Below are positions 47,680 to 61,100 of a stretch of 64,000 nt of DNA, piece after piece. The notes under the pieces are model-generated. The model had not been told where the DNA came from, did no database searches, and worked only from the letters and a program-made list of their open reading frames with translations. Made by a program: the position numbers and the translations under genes. The stretch lies in the NCBI RefSeq assembly GCF_964355755.1, contig NC_092672.1:7936001-8000000 (forward strand), read 5' to 3'. The DNA comes from Antedon mediterranea. Its lineage: Eukaryota; Animalia; Echinodermata. Within the stretch, counting starts at the first letter, position 1, and each line of letters begins with the position of its first letter.

Positions 47680-50348
47680 GTTTTAAATAATATTGTTGGA
47701 AGGAGATGGATTTTTTCTACATTTGTTTGCGTGTATCTGTTGGTTTTATTCAATTGACTATTGCTGATTTCACTTCGAAGTTGGCTGCATAAAAAAATTA
47801 GAGACCTTGCACACAACACACATAAATAAACTAAATAACAAGAAATTCCGAAACATATTTTTATTAACATCGAATGCTAGCACATAAACATTTTACACAA
47901 AAGGAACATCGACTACCTTTCGAGTTATTATTATTTTCCTAACATTTAAAATAAAAAAAATTAATTGTACATATGGATTTATTGAATATTATTGTGCTGG
48001 ACTGTATACAGTATCATTATTTCAGGAAAATAACACTAAAATTATATAAATTTCTTTTACAGTTACAGAATACAATTAATTACACCTATTTTATCTGGAC
48101 ATTAGAATCACCATGGACAGAAGTGCAATAATAAGGTGGGCTATATGCACCTTGTTCTGTGTGGGGCACCAGTAATCACGATTAAATCTACAACAATCCA
48201 ACATGTACAGTTTGAGTTGTAAAAAAGAACAAATTACACAGGGGGTATATTACCAACCCCCTGGTATCCTACACTTAGAAATAATATGGTTTTTACTTCT
48301 TTTTAAATACATTTACCAACATTATGGTACAACAACCCTGTCTTATAGTTATACTTTAACTATACTTGTTCTAGTACTTAATACACAGATGTATTTTTTT
48401 CTTCTAAATTTCATAAATAAAATATATCAGATGCATTAAGAATATCAAATCAAACTTTTTATTAAAGTTCATGACATGGATTTCTTTATGATGCTCTCTG
48501 ATGGAAAAAAATACATGATTTCTTATTGAAAACGTCCAATGAAAAATCATCAACACAAGCAATATATTGATTCAATCTCATCTGATTGGTTAAGTTCGTT
48601 GGAACTAACTCTACATGAAAATAGCAATAATTGTTGCTTATTGATCATTTTACAGTTAAGTACAATTTTATATTTATTCCATGGACAACACTTACAAATT
48701 TAAATCTGGTCTCATATTTACAAGCATTTTTAATAGGCCGTAAGTGAACCAATTTTTTTATCCACCCTGTTTGATGATCACAGACACCACCTAAGGCACA
48801 CAGACACAATACAACTTGGCACCAGAAATATAAAGGTATAGTTACGTGATTGCTATCATATTAACAAAATTAATACATTATTTGCATAGTATTATCTACT
48901 AGAATTTCAACAACTAATATGTTTCATGTTCCAGATCATATTTCTAATTATTTTTATACTTTTTCTTAATTTTTCTTTCTTTTTTCCTTTTTGACTAAAA
49001 TCAATTCAATTTTTTTACATAAAAAAATCATACTTTTTCCTCTAAATGTCAAATTTCTACATTTTTTCTACAATTATGCTACAAACTGTGCGAGTCAAAA
49101 TATCTAATTCTACAACTTAAAAAAATTAAAATTGAAAGAAATAAAATGAAAATTTAAACTTTTTTAACATAAAATACACCACTTCAAGTGGTTTTCCTTT
49201 TGGCAAATTTAAATAATGTTTAAAAAAAGGATTATAAAAAAAGACATATTTAGTACCATGTATATACATTGTTTCACATTATTTCAGCCAGAAAATGTAA
49301 CTAATTAAAACCTTTCCTTTAAATATTAGATAAATGCTAATTATTAGATTATTAATTTCTGATTGATTGATCAACAATACAACCATAATTCAATTTTTTA
49401 TAAAAATTGTTGGCATGCAAAAATATAAAATGTAATATATTAAGAGAAATTCAGATATAGATTAAACTAATCAAGGAATTTTAGTGTAAAAGACAAAAGG
49501 CATTAGAATAATTGGGAATAATCTTTTAAAATATATTTTAATATATGGTCCTTAGTTTTTGGTCAAATCAACCTTTCAATGAATGATTATTAGAAATATA
49601 ATAATAATAATAATATAATATTATGAACATGGAATGCATGGTTAAATAAAAAACAAATAGCACAGGTTGTTATTGGTGGTTCCATTGACACTAAAACAAT
49701 AAGCTTATACGCCTACCCTATCGACACAGCTTAGCCTGGGGTGCTGGCTACCTTACATCATTAATGTAAAGTTATCTTTGTTTTATTTGATTGATTATAT
49801 TTCATTATTAATTAAAATCTCCAATTTTTTAAAACAGACACTTTCAAAATATTTACAAGCATTATGAAATGAATTCAGTAATAATTGATTTAAATTTAAA
49901 ATAACTGTTTTAAAATTTGAAGAAAAAAAATATTCGAAAGACTGAAATGGCTTGTTCAAAATAAATATACTTTAAAGAACAATAAATTGGCTTACTTATT
50001 TATTAACTAAAATATTATTCAAATGTTTTAGTGTGACCAGTAAAGTTTAAGAGTTGTTTATTAATTGTTTAGAGGTAGTTGTATTTTACATTTTAATAGT
50101 ATTCGTATATACTAGAAACATTTACGTGGAATGTTTCACAACTAATTGTTGTAAAATAAATTTTACAATTAAGCTTTAAAAAATAAAAATATGAACCTAT
50201 TTTTAAAATGTGAGGCATATATGAATTAATAAAACATTATTAAATATGTTTTTTATTGTACAGCTTTAAATAAAAAAATGTTTATGAACTCAAAAATATG
50301 GTAATATTAATTAGTAAATGATAAATTAATTTGTATTAGAGAGAGTCA

Positions 50349-53300
50349 TTACACAGCGGTTGCGGATTGAGGATGATTAGTGCCGTATGACATAAGAGGA
50401 AGTGGGTGAAGACCATTGCCATTACTTGTTGATGATGGCTCCCGTGCGACAGAAGAAATTCCTAACTTTTTACTTTCTGGTTCAAATTTAGCCAGCCACT
50501 CTTTCTTCTTATTGATAACAACATCAATCTGTCCTGCAGTGGATTCCATTGGCTCAACTTTCGATTGGTCAGAAATTTCTTCCTCTGACGAATCATCCAT
50601 TATGCTTTCGTTGGTCACTCCATCTTCTTTTTGTTCTTCCTCACCACTCATTGCCATTTCATCGATATCACTCGATGTCTCTGGTTCACGTACGTCGTCC
50701 GTTTTAATACTGAGATCAATACTTTCTTTATGTCCATTTTCAGCAATTCCATCTTCATTTTCGTCATCTTCCATTTCTCCAATGAAATTTTTAATTTCAT
50801 CAAAATAAGAATCTTCTTTCCCGTTAAGTTCAGTGCTAACAAACGGTCCTCCTTCAGCTTTGTCATTCTCATGTTTCTTAAGATGACGGTCAAGATTTGT
50901 CTGCTGGCCAAAGCATCTATCGCAAAGTGGACACTTGAATGGTTTTTCTTTATTGTGGATGTTACGTACATGACGTTGTAGGTTTGATGAAATACTGAAA
51001 GACCGATCACAGTACTTACAAGAGTAAGGTTGCTCTCCAGTGTGCGTTCGCAAATGACGTGTAAGATTCGCGGATCGTGGGAATAATTTTCCACAATATT
51101 TACATGTGTAACGATCTTTTCCTCGAACTATCATTTTGTTTGAAGGTCCTTGATATATGACATGTTTAAAAGGATAGCCTTGACTTGGTGCACTAGTGCC
51201 TGATTTAATCAGGCCGCTGTCACCGTTGTAATGTTCAAATTTGCGAATAGGAGAAAAAGAAGATCGCCCAGTATGCTCATTATGATAATCAACTCGCAAA
51301 TATTTTGGGGCCGAGCTTCCTTCCAAATGATTCACTCTGTACATGGGATCCATTATTATTGGTCGAGGATATGGCAGACTCATCAGTCGGTTGATTGGCG
51401 AGATCTTGTTTTTGGAATCGCCAAAAATGTGCGTCTTTCTTGATTCCTCTTCTAATTTGGTACTGACTTTTTCTTCAGTTTTTTTAACAGATAAACTCAG
51501 GTCCAGTGGTTGGTCCTCTGTAGAGTGCTTTTCTTCTTTGGGGCTTTCTGGCGACTTACGAGAAAGATCAAATGGAATTTCTTGTTTTTTTAGTAAACCG
51601 TTAACGGCTGCTTGACCATTGAGAAACATTGATCTGGCCCAGAGAGGATCAATCGGCATACCAGGTCTTATAAATGGAAACGGTATGTGAGGCATGAAAA
51701 TTGGACCACCAGGGCCACCAAAATACTTGTCTGCAAAAGAAGCAATTGCTTTAATCGGTTCACTGGAACCTGCTCCTGCTGTGCTGCCCTCGCTTGGTGA
51801 TAAGATTGGTCTGTTCTTTGAATGTTCTTCTTTCAGTGAATCACTTGTTTTAGTAGCAGATTTTGATGAGTTATATAAAGCTCGCTTAGCAGCTTTTCTT
51901 GGTACATGCTCGTCACTTTCACTGTCTAAGTCACTGCCTGATGTAGAGTCAAGTTCACTGGATGCAGGTGTACTGACATTAGATACATCACTCCCTTCAC
52001 TGATGTCACTCTCCGATTTTGAAGGTTTTACTTTCTTTGGACTTTGATCCTTAGATTTTACATCAGCAGAATCACTATTTGTTTGTGGTGCTGGAGTGGT
52101 ATAATGTTTCAGCCATTCCTCGGTAGAAGGTGGCAGTCGAGACTTCTGAAGATTACTTACTTCAGTAGGACTAGTGGGTTGAGATTTTGACAATGGTGGG
52201 TAGCCAAGCATGAAGGGTTGAGGGGGAAGTCCCTTCTCTGCTAATAAGCTATTCTGGATCAAGGCTTGTTGTTGTAAATGAATATTTGCATTCCACATAT
52301 GTGCCATACTAGCAGGATGCAGGGCTCCGTTTGGCAGGCTGCCAACCATAGGATGCCCACCAGGCAGCATACCTGGCCCTGAACGAAGGCTCTGTTGTAG
52401 TGGTATACCGGCTGCTAACTGGCTGTTTAGTAGTTGTTGTCCATGACAAAATCGGCGATGTTTATTAAGAGAGGTAACAGTCGAGAATACCTGTCCACAT
52501 CCCATGCACTTTAATCGTGTCCGGCAGTCTATGTGCATTCGTTTGTGTCGGCATAGATTAGAAAATTGTGTGTACGACTTTAAGCAAACCTCACAAGTAA
52601 ATGGCTTTATACTGCTGTGTATGTGTGTGTGTTGTTTTAGACCACTACTTGTGGCAAATGTTTTTCCACACTCGGGACAGGCGTGGCAACGGGCTCCATG
52701 GTGCTGCGTGCGAATGTGTCTCTGTAAATTACTCGGATCGGTAAACACTTTACTACAATTCTCGCAAGAATATTGACGCTCTGAATTGTGCGTAGATTGG
52801 TGGCGGATCAAGTTCGCTTTCCAGTTGAAAGTTTTCGGACACAACTCGCATTTGAATTCTCGACTTTCGTCGTATTGGTTCTGTTCAGATTGGTGATAGT
52901 AATCATCTGAAGCCATCGATGGGGTCTTTTCCATTTCCTCATCACTGTTGTTATCAAGATGATTTTTTTCTGAAAAAACATAAATAAAAATGATTGTCAC
53001 TTATTGCATAAGATGCTGCAGACTTTCGTTTTCTTGCTGTGATGCTAATGTCTTATGACAACAACAATTATTGGCAAGGTCACACTATTTTAACTAAGTT
53101 TAATGTAGAAAAAAACGAGTATAAATGTTAATCCTGATTTTAAAACCTTCATATTACTACTCATCATTATATAAAATGTTATACAATATTGATTAAAATA
53201 CATTCACTGTTGTTAACAACTTTTTAAATTCTATTACTTTTTACTATTTTCAAGATTATGAACTTTGTACTGTAACTTGCAATTTATCATTGCTACAAAC

Positions 53301-55107
53301 AGTTTAGTTTTCTGTTTTTTTTTTCAATAAAATGATATTATAGCAACATTTTTTGTATTAAATAACTTCTAAATTAATTAAATATACTTAAATCTATAAT
53401 TTTAAAAATATAATTGTATAGTTGTTACTCATTTATACCTAATTAATTATATTCGCATTTAATTTAAGAGTGTTATACCCTATCTACTGTATTTAATGAC
53501 GACATTAAATGTAAATTTGGCAAAATTTACCTTTCTCATTGTCACTATATTCTTTATCTTTTCGTGGACATGAATATTGTTCATGGTCTCTGAGGGCAGT
53601 CTTTGATGTGAACAGCTCATTGCAATCTTCGCAAACGAACACTCTCTCTTCTGAAAAAAAAAATCACAAAATTTAAATTTTCGTATTTAGGAAATATTAA
53701 TTTGATGTTTATATTTATTTTGTATAAACTAAATGCAAGTTGTTATACTGTATATATAAGAATTCTTACATTTGCCATAATACTGATATGTAACATAATA
53801 TAAAACTATACTCCAAATAATGAGAGGGATGTCATGATTCGACGCTTCAATTTTATTACATCATGACTTCTCTCTCAAATTGTTTTTTTTTTTATACCAT
53901 AGTTTTTAAAATATGCAATTAAAAAAAGATTATATAACAAAATAAAAAAGTCAATAATGTAGTGTGGATACAAAATGTGAAAAATAACAAGAATCATTAT
54001 TTACCTATCTCGGGTAGATTTGATTGCTCTTTTTCGGGTAAGACTGTGTCCTTTCCTACCAATAACTCCTCACCAGTGCAAATTGGACGCACCACTTTAT
54101 AAAAAACCTTTAATAAAAAACACAATTTCAGTTATAATAAAAACTGAGGGAAAATAGATTTAAACTTGCTATAATTTAGTTCACTTAGTTTCTATGTAAA
54201 TAATATAGATAAGATAATATTAAATCTTTAAATCAAACAAATACATATTTTACAGGTTAATTTTTCAAATCTCTGATGAAAAATCATTTATAATGGAACA
54301 CATTAAGACACATGCCTATTCTTGATTTATTTAAACAAAATTTTACCTTAAAGAAAATGTAGTATTTTAAAGAAGTATTATTTGGAAATAGTATACGATT
54401 ATCAAAATAATATAACCTTTTACAATTATATTAATATACTAATATATTGTCATTCTATTTTCATTATGATTTGTTTGTCAATCCTATAAAACATTACAAA
54501 AAAACATATTATCTTTTAGTACTGTTTACACATACAGTAATTAGTTGTTTATTTATTCCAAGACTGGAATATCACAGAGTTGATTTATCAGCCTATGTTT
54601 ACACAATATAAACTATGATACTGCTAATTGTTTGTTGTTTCTGAATTAACAATTATTATCTATCAGGAATTAATCTCCTCTGAAAAAAACCTAAACCACA
54701 AAGAAAAACCAATCTAGCCGCTTTTATATAGTTTTTATTATGCATATACATTTTAAGTTCAATCATATACACAAGAAAACCTGATTTACAGCAATATTTA
54801 TTGAAATACACCAAAGACTATTAAATATTTATATAATTAGTAATACATTGTTTAAGTTTTATAAAAATCATTTAATACAAGCTTATTAATTTGTACGTTG
54901 ACAGGAGTAATTTAATATAAATTTCACAAAATTGGTAAATGTCATTTTTCGTTAAAAAATGTTGTATGTTACCTTATGGTCGACTTGAACTGCCATCATG
55001 TTCTGGTCATCCAGATCCGGTGAACTACGTATGTACTTCATCCAGTTGCCGGTATCTGGCTCACTAGCGTCAATCCAACCCCGTACTTTGCCAAGTTCGT
55101 CAACAAT
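50349..55107 (-). CDS. MECOM: PRDM3/16 (MECOM/EVI1, PRDM16, hamlet) orthologue, 5'-partial
   Basis: Exons 55107-54973 (PR/SET: [16 protein letters not shown]), 54107-54005 ([17 protein letters not shown]), 53650-53531 (finger [14 protein letters not shown]), 52969-50349. Contains EVI1-type fingers ([36 protein letters not shown]; C-terminal [43 protein letters not shown]), CtBP motifs PFDLS and PLDLS, and an acidic tail. Confidence 0.95.
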
Positions 55108-58100
55108 CTGATGATTAAGAATGAAAGCATGATAAAGAGATTTGTTTGTAAAACAACAACACACCTTGAAAATTATTAAGAAAATTATTAAGAATAAATA
55201 AATAAATAGTGTAAGTTGCTATTGGTAGACCTTCTTAACATAAGGTTCAAGTATTAGCGTACAGTATTATAACAGTGATAATTTTGCATCTAAATGTTTA
55301 TAACATACATACTGCCAAAAATAAATGATCATTGTAAATTAAGCTATGATGAAAATCAATGCTGTTACTTTGTCTTAAAATATTTCATTCAAAATAAATC
55401 TATACTATACCAACATTTTTCAATGGATATAGGAAAACAAAACCAATGAACAAGTACAGTAGTTGATATAAACTGAGAAAACTGATTTTTTCCACGATAT
55501 AAAGAAACTAACATTTTAGCGCTACAGTGTAATTAATAATGTATCTCAAATTATTTTTTAAACAATTATTAATTATTATTATCATATTATACACAATGAC
55601 AATGGGTAAACTATAAAGAAAATCCTTGATTGAAATAAATTAATAACAATCGCTTTTTTTAGGCTATTATAATGTGTATATATCAATGATAGGAATAAAC
55701 AATTCAATTTAAATAATGATAGATAACAAACAATTTTAGCAATAACAAACTCAGCCCATATCTATATACAAATATAATATTAATAATGATCCTAAAAATG
55801 AAAACTGTTTCTTTAATTTGATAGTATCATTTGTATAACTAACTAGGCCTACTTATATTAAACTTGATTATATATGGGATTATACTAAAATTATGAATTC
55901 AAGTTGTGTTGCTACTATATATACAGTAACTTATGGACAAATAAGCAAACCTATACTTATTTCTTCTATGCAGGTTTATAGATACTTAATATACAATATA
56001 CAGAAACTGAAAGTTATAACTTCTATTCTTCTAACATTAACAATGCATTAATAGAAGCACTTCGATGGCAAATTACTAAAATTCTAACATTGCTTAATTT
56101 AAACATACTAAGATATCCCTAGTGTTAATAGACTGTATATGGGGACTGTATTACAACACAATAAACTAACAGAATATAGATATATATGTATAACCAAATT
56201 CTCTATGGCATGGACCATGGTTAATCATAATTGTAGATACACACAAATTAAAGTTCTAAGTAAAGTTAATAGAAACAAAACTGTATAAAAGTTACAATGA
56301 TACAAACACTTATATAAAACAACAATCAAATTAAAAGTTCTTAATTAGATCTTACACTCAGGATATAATAAAGTATTGTTATCAATCAACAAAAGGAGAA
56401 CAACTTTATAATTAAATGTTTAGATACTTATTCAAACTTGAAAATAAAGTCCACCATGTACAGTCCAACAAAATACAGTATAAACAGTAATTAAATCTAA
56501 TACCTTCAAACAATTCTTCAACAAAGAAACAAGTTTTTTTCCATGTACTAAGACTCCACCATAGAGAAATGACAAGAGTAGCCTCCACAACTTTACACTC
56601 ACTTGTGTTCCCAGCGACTCTAAACAGACTTGTCCAGTCAGCCGATATAATCAGTCACTCACAACAGGGGATCCAAACTCCTATAAGGTCTATGCTCCTA
56701 TCATCCAATAGCAATATTGGTATAGCGCCACCAAGAGTTTTTACAGATTGCCCCAAGGGCATCCTGTTTCATCTGCTTCTCTGATTGCTCAATTCATGGG
56801 AAATTTTAATATGCATATATTTATTGATCAAATTATGATAAACTCTTTGGAAACTTTCACATTCTCTAGTAAAACAATCGATTTGATTGGTTGTCTTGAT
56901 TTCTTCACTGTGCATTGAAAGGAAATATTTAAATCTACCCATGACTAGAGAACAATTTTACTGAATATTAATTATAACATGTTCGGCTTTGAACAATGAA
57001 GCTATTATATTATTACACTCAATGGAAATAACTATTCTAAACTGCTGTAGCAACTATATTTGTTAAAATACTTGAAGTATTTCGACTGAATTTCTTTTTA
57101 GGAAACCAGATAATAAAAATATAATTAATACAGGAAAATTACTGAAATGTTTACAATTCATAAGTAAACTTAATTCAGCTCCCTTGGCTAAATTGTGTAA
57201 AACCTAAGTTCTAATTATTCTGTTATAGGACAAAATGTGCCACTGATTTTAAAGTAAATGAATAAAACCTAAGAAAAAAATTCCTTCAATTCCAAAAAGC
57301 AAACTAGGTCTACAGTATATACCAGCCAAATAAAGAAAAAAAAAATACAAGATGAAAGATGGATTTAAATGGAAAGTTTTACAAAGTGGCATAAACATAG
57401 CGAGTATCTAATACAAGGAAATAGAGTCTAGACGTTCCAGTCACTCACCCTATCCACAGTGGCCATAATACAGTAATAAATAATATGATATATCTACTTT
57501 CAAATTGAACAAATTGGCATATAAAAAGAAATATATGATAGAAAAGGGGGAAATAAGAAATGCTTCTATTATGTTGTCATGATCAGGTGAGCTCTTGGAT
57601 GTTTGAATATATATTTGCTCTATTATTTCAATAAACTTACAATTGTTTAGATAAACGTGATGGTGTGTATCATCTTATGCAAAGTTATACTTAAATCGTA
57701 ATAGTAACAATAAGTATACATCCCTTTTCATCAGTTTATTTATATAAAATATTTCGGAAAGGTTTTGCGTTTCCTTTAAATATGTATGTATTGAGGTAAA
57801 TTATATAGATTAAGGTATAATTAATATCTTAATTAATTATATGTTATTTAATATCCTTATGTAAATGTAATTGCACGAATATGTGCTTGACAAAAGCGTA
57901 TTCAATAAAGCTAAAAATGAATTCAGAAATTTCTTTTTAACAAACAAATCTGAATAAAACATTTTAATGATTATTTTAGTATAAACCAGACAAACATTTA
58001 CAATTAAATTATCATTGCATATCATCTCAATAAATCATCAGCACTTTATTAACACAATCTGCATATCTATTTACACTGATTACTGTGTTAGTAGGGGTTC

Positions 58101-61100
58101 AATATTGTTATAACTTTGCACTATTTGTTACCATTGAAAGATCAACTTTAAACACCATACACCACATAAATCACAGTTAGTTGTTATAAAACAATCTGGT
58201 AAACACATTGTAAACAGATCACCACAAGTTGCTTTTACTGACCTCAAATAAATGATAATTCTAACTAACTACATCTACTTTGACCTCAATTATATGTTAT
58301 ACTTCTGAATGGTTGTAATTAATTAACTAATTACTTTTTTTTTGTGGTTAGAGTATGGAGAACATGCATATTGAATTGGTATCAGTAAACTATTAACAAA
58401 ATGTATGTTGTCCATGTTTAATAGACTTTTTTAATTTTTTTTTTTTTCGTTTTTCTGCACTATATTCTGTTCATATAAATGTTGCAGTCAATCCAAAATT
58501 AATACATAACTAATTATTATTTGAAGCAACATTTCACTATATATATTTATCAGTTATGACCGCCAGTGGCCTATACAAACATCTATACATTAACACATTT
58601 CATGTTTTTATCTGTTAAATGTAATTAGGCTAATCTTTGTATATAAACTGAGAACAGAGTGAATTACACAGGTACAGTATGATTCATGTTTTCCCTAAAT
58701 GCTTTTAAATTAAGTGGTAGTAATATATTTACTAAAATAAGCAAGTTGTCCATTCTGAATAGTAGTAACTTTTATCAAAACAAACTTGAAAATGAGGAAG
58801 AAATAGTTAGAAAACTATGTAAAGACAAAAGATTTCAAAATATCTAGGTCATGAAAAGAACCTATCTTAAAAGTTTAACTTGTAAACATGTAGCAAATAA
58901 TGATGATGTCATAAATTACCAAACTATTTTATTTCCTTGGATGGCTAGGCTCTTAAGCCTGTTTTCATCTCTCATTGAAATGGGGAAAAAGCAGATAAAG
59001 TTGATAGGTTATGTTTTTAATGTGTTTTATTCTTAGTTTTAGTGACTCGTTGAAATGGGAAGAATGCAGATATAGTTTTAATGGGATAGTTCCTTATAAT
59101 TGTCAAGCTTGTGTTTGATGTATGATTGTAACAAAATAAACAAGAATATCACTTTCAAAGCCTAGTAAAGTGCTACAAATATTTGCAATATCATTAGCTT
59201 ATAAAAACCAAAACTTGTTATATATTATGTGTTGAGGAGAAGAGGTTAAGAGAAGGACTATAAACATTGTAAAAGGTGATGTAAAGATCGTACAAAAGTA
59301 TGTCTGCATTTTTTATGCCAGTTGTTAGTCACACGGTAGGCTGGTTGATGAAGTCATGTAGTATGTAACGTAATGGCATGTTGCTCATACACTCACTGAC
59401 ACAAAACATGATCTGAACAGCTCACTGGTGTAAACTAAAGTGTTGAAAGGGTTATATTTAAGGTTTCTATGTCAATCCTATCCTGGGAATTTAAATTAAA
59501 TTTATGATATGACATTGAGCATGGTCAAATTGTTCTCTCCTTACTAATTTATATATATTTAAAAAGTTGTTTTTATATGACCTGATATTAAGAACATGTC
59601 AATATAATAATGTATTCTAAATAAGATTCAAGAAATGTTATTGGTCCACTTTAAAATGGAAATTTGTTTTGCTTGGTATAATTAAGACATAAAACAACAA
59701 AGAAAAATACATCAAATTTCAAAAGGCAATGTTAAAATACTATTTATATGTTACTATTGAAAAATGTATTAAAATTTACAAGACTTTGAAACAGTAAAAG
59801 ATTATTTTAACATTTGAGTCATTGTATTCTTTACTACATTTTGACACCTAACATTTAATGAACTTTCCAAACTAAAAAGAGTCTATGGGAATCCTATTTG
59901 ATTTATATTGTGTTGCACAAGTACAAACACTTTGTGTACATTCTCACATAAAGAAGTAACACATACGCCACTACCTCAAATATTCAACTGTGTAAAGTAA
60001 CCATTGTCAAAGTTCCAGAGGGAAAATCAGTTAACACAAACAATGATTATGGTCTTTAAGCAATTCATGATGCCATCAAAAGATATTAAATTTTGAATTA
60101 TTTATTGGCGTTGATATCATCAATGGCACATGTAAATACAGTATTTTTACTATCCTATTGGTTGTATTTTTAAAGCTACCTTACAGGATAAAATGAAATG
60201 TTAATTTCTAAAACTTTAAAGACAATATTCGAACTGTTTTCTTTAACATAACAAACCAATGGCATAGATATACATTCATTTATCAATTGTTTTATATTTG
60301 TTCTAATTTAGTATAACTTATGAAAAAAAAACATTTACTTAAGTGTTCTCTGATAATTATTAAAAACTTAATTTAATAACTTAGCTAGTAAAAATAATGA
60401 GAAAAAAATGTTAGTATTCTCTCTAGTCAGAGAATTATTACAATTGTTAGTATATATATATATAGTTTGTATAAACTTAGCTCGTAAAAAATTAATCTTG
60501 TAAATACATTTTACTATTAAAGTAAAAATTGCATAATTAATTTTCAATGTACACATCAATTTTGACTAACATGTTTTCTGACATTTTATGTATTTTTAGT
60601 TGGCCAAAAGATCATTCAAGGTATTCTCCCAAGTGTTCTCCCAAGTGTTGTCCCAGGCTGACAGGCATTGCTATATCAGCAGCAACAGACAACTTCTATT
60701 GAGTATCACTCAATGATGAATGAATTCTACATAGATTTACGAACTGTGAAGCTCATTTGAGGTGTCATGTTAAATTTAAGATGTGGGAGAAAAAGTAATA
60801 TCTACGCCAACTCTGTGTTAGTGCAAAACGAAACACGATATAAATATAAAACCTAGACAGACTCTGGTTGAGGCAGATTTGATAACATAGTCGTCTACCA
60901 GTACCACTTCTCCCCACTAGTCCTCAGAGAGACTGATACCAGCCAAACTGGCCAATATTTTATTTGCTTTCGCTTAATATTCCATTATGACCTAGCTACA
61001 TCAAGTTCAATCATCATTGATCATCAGTTTCATTTCATGCTCAATATTTTTTATCCTTATTTTTATTGCAAACATAAAATATACGAAAAAACTATATAGT

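Noticed and set aside
50416-52776. Plus-strand and alternate-frame ORFs within PRDM3/16
   Set aside because: They are shadow frames of the conserved coding exon.
52990-53090. Possible hidden exon encoding the missing second zinc finger
   Set aside because: The minus-strand translation ([27 protein letters not shown]) lacks C2H2 spacing and hits a stop.
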